In this document: positions 37,192 to 50,907 of the stretch, piece by piece
How positions within the stretch are numbered: the stretch's first letter is position 1
How the letters are laid out: each line of letters begins with the position of its first letter
Assembly (NCBI GenBank): GCA_950097015.1
Contig: CATNEN010000001.1
Span: 6,634,001 to 6,698,000 of the forward strand
Source of the DNA: Macrostomum hystrix
Lineage: Eukaryota; Animalia; Platyhelminthes
Length of the DNA: 64,000 nucleotides
Direction: 5' to 3'
Notes under the pieces: generated by a model
Told to the model about the DNA's origin: nothing
The model's database searches: none
The model's input: the letters and a program-made list of their open reading frames with translations, nothing else
Made by a program: the position numbers and the translations under genes

Positions 37192-38110
37192 CTAATCTAC
37201 CTTAATCTACCTTAATCTCATCAAATCTACCCAGCTCCACCTTATCTACTCTAATCTCACCCAATCTACTCTAATCTTACCCAATCTACTCTAAACTCAC
37301 CCAATCTACTCTAATCTCACCCAATCTACTCTAATCTTACCCAATCTACTCTAATCCTACCCAATCTACTCAAATCTCACCCAATCTACTCTAATCTCAC
37401 CCAATCTACTCTAACCTTACCCAATCTACTCTAATCCTACCCAATCTACTCAAATCTCACCCAATCTACTCTAATCTTACCCAATCTACTCTAATCTTAC
37501 CCAATCTACTCTAATCTTACCCAATCTACTCTAATCTTACCCAATCTACTCTAATCTTACCCAATCTACTCTAATCTTACCCAATCTACTCTAATCTTAC
37601 CCAATCTACTCTAATCTTACCCAATCTACCCTAATCTTACCCAATCTACTCTAATCTCACCCTATCTACTATAATCCTATCTCATCTACTCTAATCCTAC
37701 CCAATATACCCTAATCTCACCCAATCTACTCTAATCTTACCCAATCTACCCTAATCTTACCCAATCTACTCTAATCTCACCCTATCAACTATAATCCTAT
37801 CTCATCTACTCTAATCTTACCCAATCTACTCTAATCTCACCCTATCTACTATAATCCTATCTCATATACTCTAATCTCACTCAATCTACTCTAATCTCAC
37901 CCAATCTACTCTAATCTCACTCAATCTACTCTAATCTGACTCAATCTACTCTAATCTTACCCAATCTACTCTAATCTCACCCTATCTACTATAATCCTAT
38001 CTCATCTACTCTAATCTGACTCAATCTACTCTAATCTCACTCAATCTACTCTAATCTCACCCAATCTACTCTAATCTTACCCAATCTACTCTAATCTCGC
38101 CTAATCTGCA
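37192..38110. repeat. 20-bp minisatellite (CCAATCTACTCTAATCTYAC)
   Basis: Direct inspection. Confidence 0.96.
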
Positions 38111-39099
38111 CTAGTCTTATCTAGAATGCATGTTTTTGTCAAATTTAGTACATTTTTATATTCTATACTCGTAAATCTGGATACGACTCGGGTAATAATG
38201 TGTCGATGAATTACAATAAAATCTTGATAGTACCTGCACTTTTATCAGGTGCATATTTTTATGTATAGCATTCTATCTCGTCTACTGGCGATCAGCCGAT
38301 GATGCATCAGAAAACACATACTTGACACCTATGCACCAGTAATAAACAGCACTGATTGGAAGATAATGTATTATTTTTAAGTACACATCCGGGTGACGAT
38401 GAGATAATACGCTGGAGCCAAATTTTACCTGTAGTTCTTAATTTTTTAATCCAGTTTTTTTCTTCGTCAAGTTAAACTCCTTAAACTTTTTTATCTCGCC
38501 GGGTTACTATTTTAAGATGCAAAAATGAACACACACACACACAAGTCAGTTGAAAAAAGTAGATATGGCCGCGATGTAAGTAAGAATTTTATGACGTGGG
38601 TCAAATGTACACCAAAGTTTCAGATTCACTAGCAGACACCCGCCTATACGGTGTACACACTTGGCTGAATTCAACAAGTCTCGCGTTTAACCAGTCGGAG
38701 GGTCGTAAACGGCAATTTAGTATATTATACAACCGCAGGTCGCAACTTACGAGTTTCTGTGTCTCATTAATTTTTTGTTTTACTGCTTTAACACCAGCTC
38801 CTCACCCAATGCAAGGCAGTGCTGAAATTCTTCAAGTTTTTTTCTTCTTCTTGTGGAATAAAATTATTTTCTTAGGTCGGATTCATTGGGTAAAGTGAAT
38901 TGAGTCTCAGGTGCCTGAAGAGGGTCAGTTTCCAGGGGCTTTTTTAACTACGGCTCGCTTTGAGCACACAACTGCTCAAACTAGAATTGTTTGGAATAAT
39001 TTAGACCGACTAAAAGCTTCTATTGTGAATAAGATGGGTGAAAGTTGCTCCACTTTTGTCTACAAGCGCAGCATTTAGAATATAGAAGATTGCTATTTT

Positions 39100-40085
39100 A
39101 CTCTTATCTCACCCAATCTACTCTTATCTCACCCAAATAACTCTTATCTCACCCAAATAACTCTTATCTCACCCAAATAACTCTTATCTCACCCAAATAA
39201 CTCTTATCTCACCCATATAACTCTTATCTCACCCAAATAACTCTTATCTCGCCCAAATAACTCTTATCTCACCCAAATAACTCTTATCTCACCCATATAA
39301 CTCTTATCTCACCCAAATAACTCTTATCTCACCCAAATAACTCTTATCTCACCCAAATAACCATTATATCATCTACTCTAATCTCACCCAATCTGCTCTA
39401 ATCTCACCCAATCTGCTCTAATCTCACCCAATCTACTCTAATCTTACCCAATCTGCTCTAATCTCACCCAATCTACTCTAATCTTACCCAATCTGCTCTA
39501 ATCTCACACAATCTACTCTAATCTTACCCAATCTGCTCTAATCTTACCCAATCTGCTCTAATCTCACCCAATCTGCTCTAATCTCACCCAATCTACTCTA
39601 ATCTTACCCAACCTGCTCTAATCTTACCCAATCTGCTCTAATCTCACCCAATCTACTATAATCTCACCCAATCTACTCTAATCTCATCCAATCTACTCTA
39701 ATCTCACCCAATCTACTATAATCTCACCCAATCTACTCTAATCTGTCATATAATCTACTCTAATCTCACCCAATATACTCTAATCTGTCATAAAATCTAC
39801 TCTAATCTCACCCAATCTTACTCTAATCTGTCTTACAATATACTCTAATCTCACCCAATCTACTCTAATCTGTCATATAATCTACTCTAATCTCACCCAA
39901 TCTACTCTAATCTGTCATATAATCTACTCTAATCTCACCCAATCTTACTCTAATCTGTCTTACAATCTACTCTAATCTCACCCAATCTACTCTACTCTCA
40001 TTCAATCTAGTCTACTCTTATCTTATCTACTCTAGTCTCGTTCATTCTACTCTAATCTCACCCGATATACTCAAATCTCACCCAG
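39100..40085. repeat. 20-bp minisatellite of the same family as 37192-38110
   Basis: CTCTTATCTCACCCAAATAA and ATCTCACCCAATCTRCTCTA units. Confidence 0.96.
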
Positions 40086-40599
40086 TCTAATCCACCCTGA
40101 TCGGATCCAACCTACTTTGTTCTCATCCAGCATACACTAGTTTTATTCAATCTACTCAATTATCGTTTTAATAAGCTAGTCTGGTCAAGACAACACCTAC
40201 TTCAGTGTCTGCAAGATTTCATCTATAATTAGTCCAGCATTCATCAGATACCAGAACCAGGTCTCATCTGTGTCTGTTGAGGCATCATTGGTTCGCTGGT
40301 GTGTGTGTGTGTGTGTGTCTGAGGTGGTCTGTACTTATTTTCTTATCTATGCAATCTTTAGCCTATAGCCAAGCGTCTAGAAGTTAGGCTGCTAGCCTAT
40401 AGTTGGCGCCATATATCTGCCGGGCATTTTTTCTAGCTCAAAATTAGGACAAAAGAGGTTTTTTTCTTTATTTTCTGAATAAGTCACGACATCTTACTTT
40501 TGCAGGAAGTGCAAAGAAGAAAAGGTGAGCGAGTTCTATTTGTTGTTAGAATTATCTTAGGAATATAACGCATATTCCTAACAGGTGTTATACGTTATA

Positions 40600-41078
40600 C
40601 AGGTATCGCCTATAAGTTAGTTATCACCTGTTAAAAAGGTGTCACCTGTTAGACAGATATCACCTGTTAGACAGGTATCACCTGTTAGATAGGTATCTCT
40701 AGGCAGGTATCACCTTTTAGACAGGTATCACCTGTTAGACAGGTATCACCTGTTAGACAGGTATCACCTGTTAGACAGATATCACCTATTAGACAGGTAT
40801 CACCTGTTAGACAGATATCACCTATTAGACAGGTATCACCTGTTAGAGAGAAATCACCTTTTGGACATCTAATCAATCGCCTGTTAGACAGGTATCACCT
40901 GTTAGACAGGTATCACCTGTTAGACAGGTATCACCTGTTAGACAGGTATCTCCTATTAGACAGGTATCACCTATTAGACAGGTATCACCTATTAGACAGG
41001 TATCACCTATTAGACAGGTATCACCTATTAGACAGATATCACCTGTTAGACAGGCATCACCTGTTAGACAGATATCAG
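40600..41078. repeat. 18-bp hairpin-unit minisatellite (ACAGGTATCACCTGTTAG)
   Basis: Direct inspection. Confidence 0.95.
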
Positions 41079-41694
41079 CAAAATAAGTAGATAAGTAGAA
41101 AAGACAGAAGTATGATATTAATCTTTAATTTCGTAATTCTACAGAGGCAATCAAGTACGAGGTTAGCAAGAAAATGGCACTTAAAAATTCCCTAACTGTC
41201 AGTCAGGAAAACTTTGTTATCTCGTTGTTAAATACGTTTTTCTTTATTAGTGGCATCAGGGAAGGAACTTGATAGATAACAAACTATGAGGCTCACATAC
41301 GTAATGTGAAAGCGGTTAACTAGCTAAGCATAATCTTATTCCAGACAATAATATAGTACTATATTTTTCTTGCGCAAACGACTTCAACTATAATAACCCG
41401 TGATAAGTTCATTAATTACTGGACATAGGCTAATTTATAAATGCACTCTAAAAGTACATAATTTTTAGCAAGCAGTAGAACCCTCGATTTATTAGAGATT
41501 ATCAGTTATCAATTATCAGTTAATCAATAGATCCTTTCTATTCATTTATGTTAAAAAATGATACTTATTAATTCAAGGCACGAAACTTGGCTAATGCTAG
41601 ATGTATTTCTAAGCAATTTAGACCAGATAATAACTGGCTTTTACATCCTTTTATTTGTTAAAATTAGCACTCTCATCTGCGATAATTTCGTATA

Positions 41695-42420
41695 GATTGA
41701 TGGAGACTGGAGAGGGTGAGATGGAGACGGAAAGGGTGAGATTGAGACGAGAGAGGGTGAGATGGAGACTGTAGAGGGTGAGATGGAGACGGAAAGGATG
41801 AGATTGAGACGAGAGAGGGTGAGATTGAGACGGGAGAGGGTGAGATTGAGACGAGAGAGGGTGAGATTGAGACGGGAGAGGGTGAGATTGAGACGAGAGA
41901 GCGTGAGATTGAGACGGGAGAGGTTGAGATTGAGACGAGAGAGGGTGAGATTGAGACGAGAGAGGGTGAGATGGAGACGGGAGAGGGTGAGATTGAGACG
42001 GGAGAGGGTGAGATTGAGACGAGAGAGGGTGAGATTGAGACGGGAGAGGGTGAGATTGAGACGGGAGAGGTTGAGATTGAGACGAGAGAGGGTGAGATTG
42101 AGACGAGAGAGGGTGAGATGGAGACTGTAGAGGGTGAGATGGAGACGGGAGAGGTTGAGATTGAGACGAGAGAGGGTGAGATTGAGACGAGAGAGGGTGA
42201 GATGGAGACTGTAGAGGGTGAGATGGAGACGAGAGAGGGTGAGATGGAGACGAGAGAGGGTGAGATGGAGACGAGGGAGAGGGTGAGATGGAGACGAGAG
42301 AGGGTGAGATGGAGACGAGGGAGAGGGTGAGATGGAGACGAGAGAGGGTGAGATGGAGACGAGGGAGGGGGTGAGATGGAGACGAGAGAGGGTGAGATGG
42401 AGGCGAGAGAGAGTGAGATG
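41695..42420. repeat. 21-bp purine-rich minisatellite (GAGATTGAGACGAGAGAGGGT)
   Basis: Direct inspection. Confidence 0.95.
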
Positions 42421-43134
42421 GTGGTGGGTAGAAGGGGAGAAGGAGAGATAGATGGGGGAGAGAAGAGAGAGAGTGATATAGAGGTGGATCGGGGTAACGG
42501 AGACAAGATGGTTATAAATAGTGACAAGATAGCTAAGTAGTTAAATAAGGATAGAATGTAACAGGAAGTAGTGATGTCTATTTTGGAAGAATTTCACGCA
42601 GCATGAACTGTTCTAGTCCTATAGCTAGTTCGTTTTTTTTTACGATAAGTTTGAGTTGAAACTTCACACTGGTTGGTAGGAGGTGATGCGTTTATGAAAG
42701 GTTCAATATTGAGGCCCACTCACAAGCAACGGCATTGGCATAGTGCATTATTCAGTTGTCAAACAAAGGCCTGTGTGTCAAAGCATAACTAACAACGTAG
42801 AAGCAGCATATCTGGATTGTCTAATGGTTAAACAGCTGTTTATTGACCAGAAAAAACCTTATTATAAGCGCTATATTTTGCGCAAATAAGTTTTTAATCA
42901 ATAGGGCTTGCTAGCTATGCCCCAAACTAATGTAAATACTACAATTAATATTAATTTGAAGGGGACTAGAAGTGTTATTGCGCAGATGATCTGTCAGAAT
43001 TCATCAACTTACGATCAGATGCGAGCCAAATTAGATGAAACTAAAGCTTCATTTCTATCATCCAATTCAGCTTCAATTACTAATTAATTAATTAGTTAAT
43101 CTCACAAAAGTACAAATAGACAGTTCTTTTCTAA

Positions 43135-44210
43135 GTCTAACAGATGTTGTCTATGTCTAACAGGTGTTATCTCTGTCTAACAGGTGTTATGTCTGTCTAA
43201 CAGGTGTTATCTCTGTCTAACATGTGTTATCACCGTCTAACAGGTGTTATCTCTGTCTAGTAGGTGTTATGTCTGTCTAACAGGTGTTATCACTGTCTAA
43301 CAGGTGTTATCACTGTCTAGTAGGTGTTATGTCTGTCTAACAGGTGTTATCACTGTCTAACAGGTGTTATCACTGTCTAGTAGGTGTTATGTCTGTCTAA
43401 CAGGTGTTATCACTGTCTAACAGGTGTTATCACTGTCTAGTAGGTGTTATGTCTGTCTAGTAGGTGTTATCACTGTCTAACAGGTGTTATCACTGTCTAG
43501 TAGGTGTTATATCTGTCTAACAGGTGTTATCACTGTCTAACAGGTGTTATCACTGTCTAGTAGGTGTTATGTCTGTCTAACAGGTGTTATCTCTGTCTAA
43601 CAGGTGTTATCACTGTCTAGTAGGTGTTATGTCTGTCTAACAGGTGTTATCACTGTCTAACAGGTGTTATCACTGTCTAGTAGGTGTTATATCTGTCTAA
43701 CAGGTGTTATCACTGTCTAACAGGTGTTATCACTGTCTAGTAGGTGTTATGTCTGTCTAACAGGTGTTATCTCTGTCTAACAGGTGTTATCACTGTCTAG
43801 TAGGTGTTATGTCTGTCTAACAGGTGTTATCTCTGTCTAACAGGTGTTATCACTGTCTAGTAGGTGTTATGTCTGTCTAACAGGTGTTATCTCTGTCTAA
43901 CAGGTGTTATCACTGTCTAACAGGTGTTATCACTGTCTAGTAGGTGTTATGTCTGTCTAACAGGTGTTATCTCTGTCTAACAGGTGTTATCACTGTCTAG
44001 TAGGTGTTATGTCTGTCTAACAGGTGTTATCACTGTCTAACAGGTGTTATCACTGTCTAGTAGGTGTTATGTCTGTCTAACAGGTGTTATCTCTGTCTAA
44101 CAGGTGTTATCACTGTCTAGTAGGTGTTATGTCTGTCTAACAGGTGTTATCACTGTCTAACAGGTGTTATCACTGTCTAGTAGGTGTTATATCTGTCTAC
44201 CTGTCTAACA
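43135..44210. repeat. 20-bp minisatellite (CAGGTGTTATCACTGTCTAA) with a 60-bp trimer order
   Basis: Direct inspection. Confidence 0.97.
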
Positions 44211-44700
44211 AGTTACTCAAAGTGACATGTGATACTGATTTAAATTGTTTTGTTTTTGTCTAATGTTGGAACAAATTTTGCAATTTTTTTGTGAAAGAAT
44301 TTGATGAGTTTCTGTTTAACCTTTTACTTCACGGGCGTCTCTAGTAGAAGAGGTATCGTATATCCGATCTATCGCAATAAAATAATTGTCAATGGGCTGC
44401 TATGTAAATTGCAGGCATATTTTGGCTTACGATATAAGTGAAACGAGTTTTTTGTGGAAAAATTGACAAGCTATACAAGATATCACCTCGTATTATATTA
44501 ATAAAGTCAGGAAAAAATTTCTAGTCATGCGTTTGTAATTCTTTTCTCGTCTCCTATTTTTCTATTTTTTTGCAAAAGCGCGCACATGTGACCTTAGATA
44601 TATAACTGAATTGTTCATTAAGTTGCAACTTACATTTCGGCTGTTACTATGAATTGCTATCAGGGGAAAAAGTACTTTAAAAAGTACTTATTTAAAAAAC

Positions 44701-46700
44701 CACCTGGTGTTAGACACCAGTTATCACCTGTTAGACACCAGTTATCATCTGTTAGACACCAGTTATCATCTGTTAGACACCAGTAATCATCTGTTAGACA
44801 CCAGTAATCACCTGTTAGACACCAGTTACCATATGTTAGACACCAGTTATCATCTGTTAGACACCAGTTATCGTCTGTTAGATACCAGTAATCACCTGTT
44901 AGACACCAGTTATCACCAGTTAGACACTAATTATCACCTGTTAGACACCAGTTAACATCTGTTAGACACCAGTTATCATTTGTTAGACACCAGTTATCAT
45001 CTGTTAGACATCAGTTATCATCTGTTAGACATCAGTTATCATCTGTTAGACATCAGTTATCATCTGTTAGACATCAGTTATCATCTGTTAGACATCAGTT
45101 ATCATCTGTTAGACACCAGTTATCGTCTGTTAGACATCAGTTATCATCTGTTAGACACCAACCAAGAGGTTGTAGCCTAGTGGTTAGGGCGTCGGACTCA
45201 CGACTTGAAGGTCGGGGGTTCGATTCCCGACTCCACTGGAACAATTTGTGTCCTTTAGCAAGACACTTAACTCTGCATTGCTTCAGTTCACCCAGCTGTT
45301 AAATGGGTACCAGCATCAGCTGGGATAATTAAAGGTGGGTGTGGCGTCCCCCTAGTCCGTGGACTGAACAGCTGTATGCAGCCTTCAGATGCGCCGCGCA
45401 TTAGCTGCGGCTGTGCTGTCGGCTGCACATCTGACCCAATTGGGGCAGGTGTAATCAATTATTATTATTTAATTATTAGACACCAGTTATCATTTGTTAG
45501 ACACCAGTAATCATCTGTTAGACAGCAGAGTTCATCTGTTAGACACCAGTTATCATCTGTTAAACACCAGTTACCATATGTTAGACACCAGTAATAATCT
45601 GTTAGACATCAGTTACCATATGTTAGACACCAGTTATCATCTGTTAGACACCAGTTATCATTTGTTAGACACCAGTTATCACCTGTTAGACACCAGTTAT
45701 CATTTGTTAGACACCAGTAATCATCTGTTAGACAGCAGAGTTCATCTGTTAGACACCAGTTATCATCTGTTAGACACCAGTTATCATCTGTTAGACACCA
45801 GTTATCATCTGTTAGACACCAGTTATCATCTGTTAGACACCAGTTACCATCTGTTAGACACCAGTTATCATCTGTTAGACATCAGTTATCATCTGTTAGA
45901 CATCAGTTATCATCTGTTAGACACCAGTAATCACCTGTTAGACACCAGTTACCATCTGTTAGACACCAGTTACCATCTGTTAGACACCAGTTATCATCTG
46001 TTAGACATCAGTTATCATCTGTTAGACATCAGTTATCATCTGTTAGACACCAGTAATCACCTGTTAGACACCAGTTACCATCTGTTAGACACCAGTTACC
46101 ATCTGTTAGACATCAGTTATCATCTGTTAGACATCAGTTATCATCTGTTAGACAACAGTTATCATTTGTTAGACACCAGTTATCATCTGTTAGACATCAG
46201 TTATCATCTGTTAGACATCAGTTATCATCTGTTAGACATCAGTTATCATCTGTTAGACACCAGTAATCACCTGTTAGACACCAGTTACCATCTGTTAGAC
46301 ACCAGTTACCATCTGTTAGACATCAGTTATCATCTGTTAGACATCAGTTATCATCTGTTAGACACCAGTAATCACCTGTTAAACACCAGTTACCATATGT
46401 TAGACACCAGTAATAATCTGTTAGACATCAGTTACCATATGTTAGACACCAGTTATCATCTGTTAGACACCAGTTACCATATGTTAGACACCAGTAATCA
46501 TCTGTTAGACACCAGTTACCATATGTTAGACACCAGTAATCATCTGTTAGACATCAGTTATCGTCTGTTAGACACCAGTAATCACCTGTTAGACACCAGT
46601 TACCATCTGTTAGACACCATTTATCACCCGTTAGACACCAGTAATCACCTGTTAGACAGCAGAGTTCACCTTTTAGAAATTAGAGAGGTTACCTGCTAGA
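44701..46700. repeat. 21-bp minisatellite (CTGTTAGACACCAGTTATCAT) interrupted by a SINE
   Basis: Direct inspection. Confidence 0.97.
45165..45475 (+). mobile_element. Family-1 CORE-type tRNA SINE, full length
   Basis: A box TAGCCTAGTGG, B box GGTTCGATTCC, CORE-like domain, (ATT)n tail; TTAGACACCA on both flanks. Confidence 0.92.
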
Positions 46701-46850
46701 CATAAGATTTCTCGAGTTATACATTAAAGTTTACATTTTAGACGTTTTAATTCACCTGTTAGACACTGTAGTTCACCTGTTAGACAGGAATACGACTCAC
46801 CATTTCCCACCATTCACCATTCCCTCATTCAGCTAGCGGCACTGACCGAC

Positions 46851-47192
46851 ATGGAGATCAGGTCTCCCCTGCCCCGAAGGCCGCAAGCCACGGGTCTAGC
46901 CTTCCCGATGCCGTCGGCCAGGCTTCAACAAAGCGATCTCGCCGCGGCGATCATCACAGACAGCGACAATTCGCCATTACCATCGCCCAGGAGTGTGTCA
47001 GTTGATGTTGAATCAACCGAGGCCAGCAGCAGTGACGCTGGCGACAAAGCTAATCTGCTCCGACCGCCGAGGAAAATTTTCTCGCGTCGACGCAGGCAGA
47101 CGCGTCGGCGATCTTCGTCGCTCGGCGACCTGACTGCCCTGCAGCAGCACCAGGAGCCGGTTGGGACTCTGGAACAACGACCCGTTGCCATG
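46851..47192 (+). CDS. Unidentified plus-strand gene, first coding exon (Ser/Arg-rich, disordered)
   Basis: GC-rich ORF just after a cattcag acceptor; RRRSSSLGDL motif; ATG|gtaaca donor, phase 0. Confidence 0.65.
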
Positions 47193-47269
47193 GTAACATT
47201 CCAACCAAAATTAAGAAAATTATTAAATCAAAGTAAATTTTAGAGTTTAAGAACAAGTCCGAAGTATAC

Positions 47270-47700
47270 TACTTAAGGAGAAACTCCGAAAAGTAGTGAG
47301 ATCCAAAATACCGAGATTGTGGGGAATTCCGAAAAGCATAATTTAAAGGAAATCCCTGAAACACTGAAATCAAGAGAAATCCCGAAATAATAGGGAAATC
47401 AAAATCATTAAGCTCTTGGGAAATCCCGAAATACTACTGTCTAGTAGTGATTAGCTCTAGGGAAATCCCAAACAGTGTGTTCTTCGGAAATCCTGAAATA
47501 GTAGGAAAATCCCGAAATTTTAGGGAAATCCCGAAACATCGAAATCAAGAAAATTACCGAAAGACTAGGGGAAATCCAAAATTTTAAAAGCAAAAAAAGA
47601 TTCCGAAATTTTCGCGAAATCCGAAAATCTAAGTTTAAGGGAAATCCCTAAAACAATGAAATTCAGGGAAACCCCAAAACAGAGTGAAAATCTGAAATAC
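47270..47700. repeat. Degenerate repeat with a GGAAATCCCGAAA core
   Basis: About a dozen diverged copies. Confidence 0.7.
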
Positions 47701-48184
47701 AGAAGTCGAAAAATTGGTCCATAAATCATACTATTAATTTTTAGAAAAAGAATCCATTATACGTTACTTTACAAGGTATCGCAAACCAATGAAATATGCA
47801 TAAAAATATATGAAGGAAATCCTAGAAATAATTTTAATAGTTTGGTGGTGTATACCATTTTAAATCTACACAAGGGTAATACATTAGATCTCGCTTGCGC
47901 TATAGAAACTCATTTGGTCTCTCGGGTGTCTCGTATTTATAGCCGATCAGGATCCCCACCCAGCGATGCCATTGGCTGGGGCTCATTCGAGCTCTCTCAT
48001 TGGCTGGAATGAAGTCAATGACAGAAATTCCGCGGGTGTGCCACAAGAGCGGTGGAAAAACCGTGGAAATACCGGCCAACTAGTGGCATAGTGACTCACT
48101 ACAATAGGGGATCCAAAATTATGCCGTTTCAAAAAAAACTGAGGCTGTAACATTTAAAAAGACGGTTAAAGAAACAGCATGTAG

Positions 48185-48450
48185 GTTAAGCGTTGTAGTC
48201 TTGTGGGTAGAGCGTCGGACTCGCGACTTCAAGGTCTGGGGTTCGATTCCTAACTCCACCGAAACAACTTGTGTCCTTTAGCAAGCCACTTAACTATGCA
48301 ATGCTAGAGTTCACCAAGCTGTTAAATTGGTATCAGTATCAGCTTGGGTAATCGAGGGTGGGGCGTGGCGTCCCCACAGTCCATGGACTGAACAGTCGTA
48401 CGCTGCCTTCAGATGCATTGCGAAATAGCTGCAGTTGGCTGAAAGCTGTG
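48185..48450 (+). mobile_element. Older, diverged family-1 SINE
   Basis: GCGTCGGACTCGCGACTT..GGTTCGATTCC..GTGTCCTTTAGCAAG..CAGTCCATGGACTGAACAG. Confidence 0.85.
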
Positions 48451-48565
48451 TACAGAAGTAGTGGGAAATTAAGTATAATTGAATTCAAAGAATCGAATTC
48501 AGAAAAATGTTTAAATATAAAGCCGGCATTTTCATTAAAAAAATTACTTTGTTTAACTGTTGCAG

Positions 48566-48687
48566 CAGCAGCAGCAGCAGCAGCCGTCGCCAGACACGCC
48601 ACAAAACCGTTTAAAGCGCACAGACGGTAGGCGCCGACGAGTACAGACGGAGCGATGGCTAGTGAAGAGGCCGACAACTAGAAAACG
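48566..48687 (+). CDS. Unidentified plus-strand gene, exon 2
   Basis: ttgcag|QQQQQQPSPDTPQNRLKRTDGRRRRVQTERWLVKRPTTRK(R)|gtaaca, phase 0-2; bridges its neighbours in frame. Confidence 0.6.
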
Positions 48688-48746
48688 GTAACAATGATAG
48701 ACTTTTTTGTTGATCGATTTATTTATTTGATAATTGCATCATTTAA

Positions 48747-48992
48747 TGACACTAGACCCGCAGCCAGCGAGGAGGCAATTCTGCCCATTTCGCTGACTCC
48801 TGAGCACACACGCACACAGGGTGTGTACATCTGTACTGACTTTCTCGGCGTCAGGCAGTGTACACTCTCAATGTGTCTTTGAGGGCGTAAATTGCAACAC
48901 AAGCCCCAAATGAATGTGGCCTCGCCGCAGAATCGAACTTAGGCACACCGCGATCGAGGCAAACGCGTTAACCGCTCTGCCACCGACCCCCT
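48747..48992 (-). mobile_element. tRNA-derived SINE, family 2
   Basis: Minus-strand A box TGGCAGAGCGG and B box AGTTCGATTC; body homologous to 50085-50380 and 51638-51700. Confidence 0.75.
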
Positions 48993-50084
48993 GTAGATTG
49001 GTAACTTTATTGACTGATTGCTTGATTGATTCGATGATTTTTTGATTGATTAATTGATAGTTCTTTCAATAGAATCAAGATAAAAATATAAAACGCAGTC
49101 GCAAATTGACCAAAACACAATGTACCAAAACAATAACGAGCTTAAGCAAAAGCTCCAGCCACAAGGAACATCAAATCCCCCTTGCCATGTGTCGTAGTAG
49201 ATTGAAGACGAAAAGAAAGCTCAGTTTTTTAATAACTATTTTATTAGCTATTGATTGAGCAGTGTATAGGATCGCAATTGCAAACAAATGTTTGTGTGTG
49301 TGCGCGCCCTAACACAGAAAATCTATTCAACTAGTTTTTGCTTCTACTAAACGTTTAAGAAAGTGCCTCTATATCTAGCGATGCTTTTGTGAAATGCCTT
49401 AGCCAGTGTAACTAGCCCTATTACAGCGCATTGTAGCATTGACGGGGCAAAATAACTGATTACAGGACAGTGTAACGAATTCTATACACCCTCCCCCAAG
49501 AACTGCATCTACCTCCCTATTATCTGTTGCTATTCTTTTGTTAATGACAGTCCGTCAAAGTCAGCTTCCCTAGGTAAAGAAGGTAAGTCTGTACCTTCCC
49601 TCCTGTGTCTGTCTGTTCCTCTCTCTTTCCCCTCTATCTAGATCTCTTTCCCGAATTTAACATTCGACTAAGGGGAAACAAAAAAGCCATGGATAGAAGA
49701 GTCTTGTATCGCCGAGTTGGGACTGGATGAGTAGGGGCGCGGGTTGAGCATCGCCTTATGTGTGTGAGACAGTTTATTAACTAGCCTATAGGCTTTCAAA
49801 TCGCACTACACACTCTAGTTTAGACTCTTGTTCATCCATTTATAAAGGAACTTGAAAATCCAGAAAGTAAAAAAATTATCTGTTTTTGTTGTCAATAAAA
49901 AGTTTATTATGGACGTTCAAGGAAGATCGGAAAGGTAGGTCCTGAGTTCGAATCTTAAGCTACAGTCTATGGACTGTACACAGCCTTTAAGTGCACGGTG
50001 TTAGAGCTTCGGCTGCGTCAGTGGCTGCAATTGGCATTCGAGCTCATACTTTATAATAATGGCAATAATGGCAGGAGGGCTGCG

Positions 50085-50380
50085 GGCAGTGGCACATCAT
50101 TTGGTGACACTAGACCCGCAGCCAGCGAGAAGCTAATTCTGCCCATTTCGCTGACTCCTGAGCACACACGCACACAGATACTGTACGCAGGCATACGCTC
50201 ACACAAGTGTGTACATCTGCCCTGACTTTCTCATCGTCACAGTGAGTGTACACTCTCACTGTGCCTTGGAGGTTGGCCCGCAAGGGCGTAAATTGCAAGA
50301 CAAGCCCCCAAGCACAAATCGAGATTCGAGCTCAGGGACCTCGGTGCGAGAGGCAAACGCTCCGCCACTCACCCCCTACG
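50085..50380 (-). mobile_element. tRNA-derived SINE, family 2 (diverged copy)
   Basis: Shares TGACACTAGACCCGCAGCCAGCGA...CTGACTCCTGAGCACACACGCACA...GGGCGTAAATTGCAA with the 48747 copy. Confidence 0.75.
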
Positions 50381-50461
50381 CTCGTATTTAACTATTAAAT
50401 TAGCTTAGAAAAGTAACTATATTAAATGTGTAAAGTTAATCAATTATTCTCAATTCATCAG

Positions 50462-50823
50462 GTTTGACAGTTCCTCGTCCAATTCAGAGTCTCAGCAGCA
50501 GCAGCAGCAAGCTGAGCACAGATCTTTCGGCGGCTCTCGTCGACCGCACCTTGTGCTGCCATTAGAAAAGCAGCAAGCCATAGATGAAGAGTTTCCAGAT
50601 GTAGACTATCAAATCGAGGACAACGATGACGAAGAAATCATGCACGAATTCTTCCGCTTCCCTGACGAAGGAGGCGCTAGCGGTGGTGGCAGCGCGAGCT
50701 CTAGAGGGCGAAGTCGAGTTGAGCAGTCTCAGGAGCGCGATGATGTACTCGTGTCGCCATCGATTTCACCCGTGCCCTGGGCGCGCGATATGCAATCAAC
50801 AGCTAACAACAACAGGAGAAGCG
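50462..50823 (+). CDS. Unidentified plus-strand gene, exon 3 (acidic)
   Basis: catcag|(R)FDSSSSNSESQQQQQQ...EEFPDVDYQIEDNDDEEIMHEFFRFPDE...RRS|gtcagt, phase 2-1. Confidence 0.65.
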
Positions 50824-50907
50824 GTCAGTCAGTTTGATATACTTGTAGTTGTTATTTGAAACTGATTTGAAATTTGAAACGTGGCTATTCTAGTGGGTAT
50901 GGGTATA

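Noticed and set aside
36700-38585. 5' UTR exons of the plus-strand gene (GTAAGT donors at about 37022 and 38576)
   Set aside because: Donor-like hexamers alone are not enough evidence without transcript data.
45165-45240. tRNA gene
   Set aside because: A and B boxes are present, but the acceptor and anticodon stems pair poorly and the sequence continues into a SINE body in every copy.
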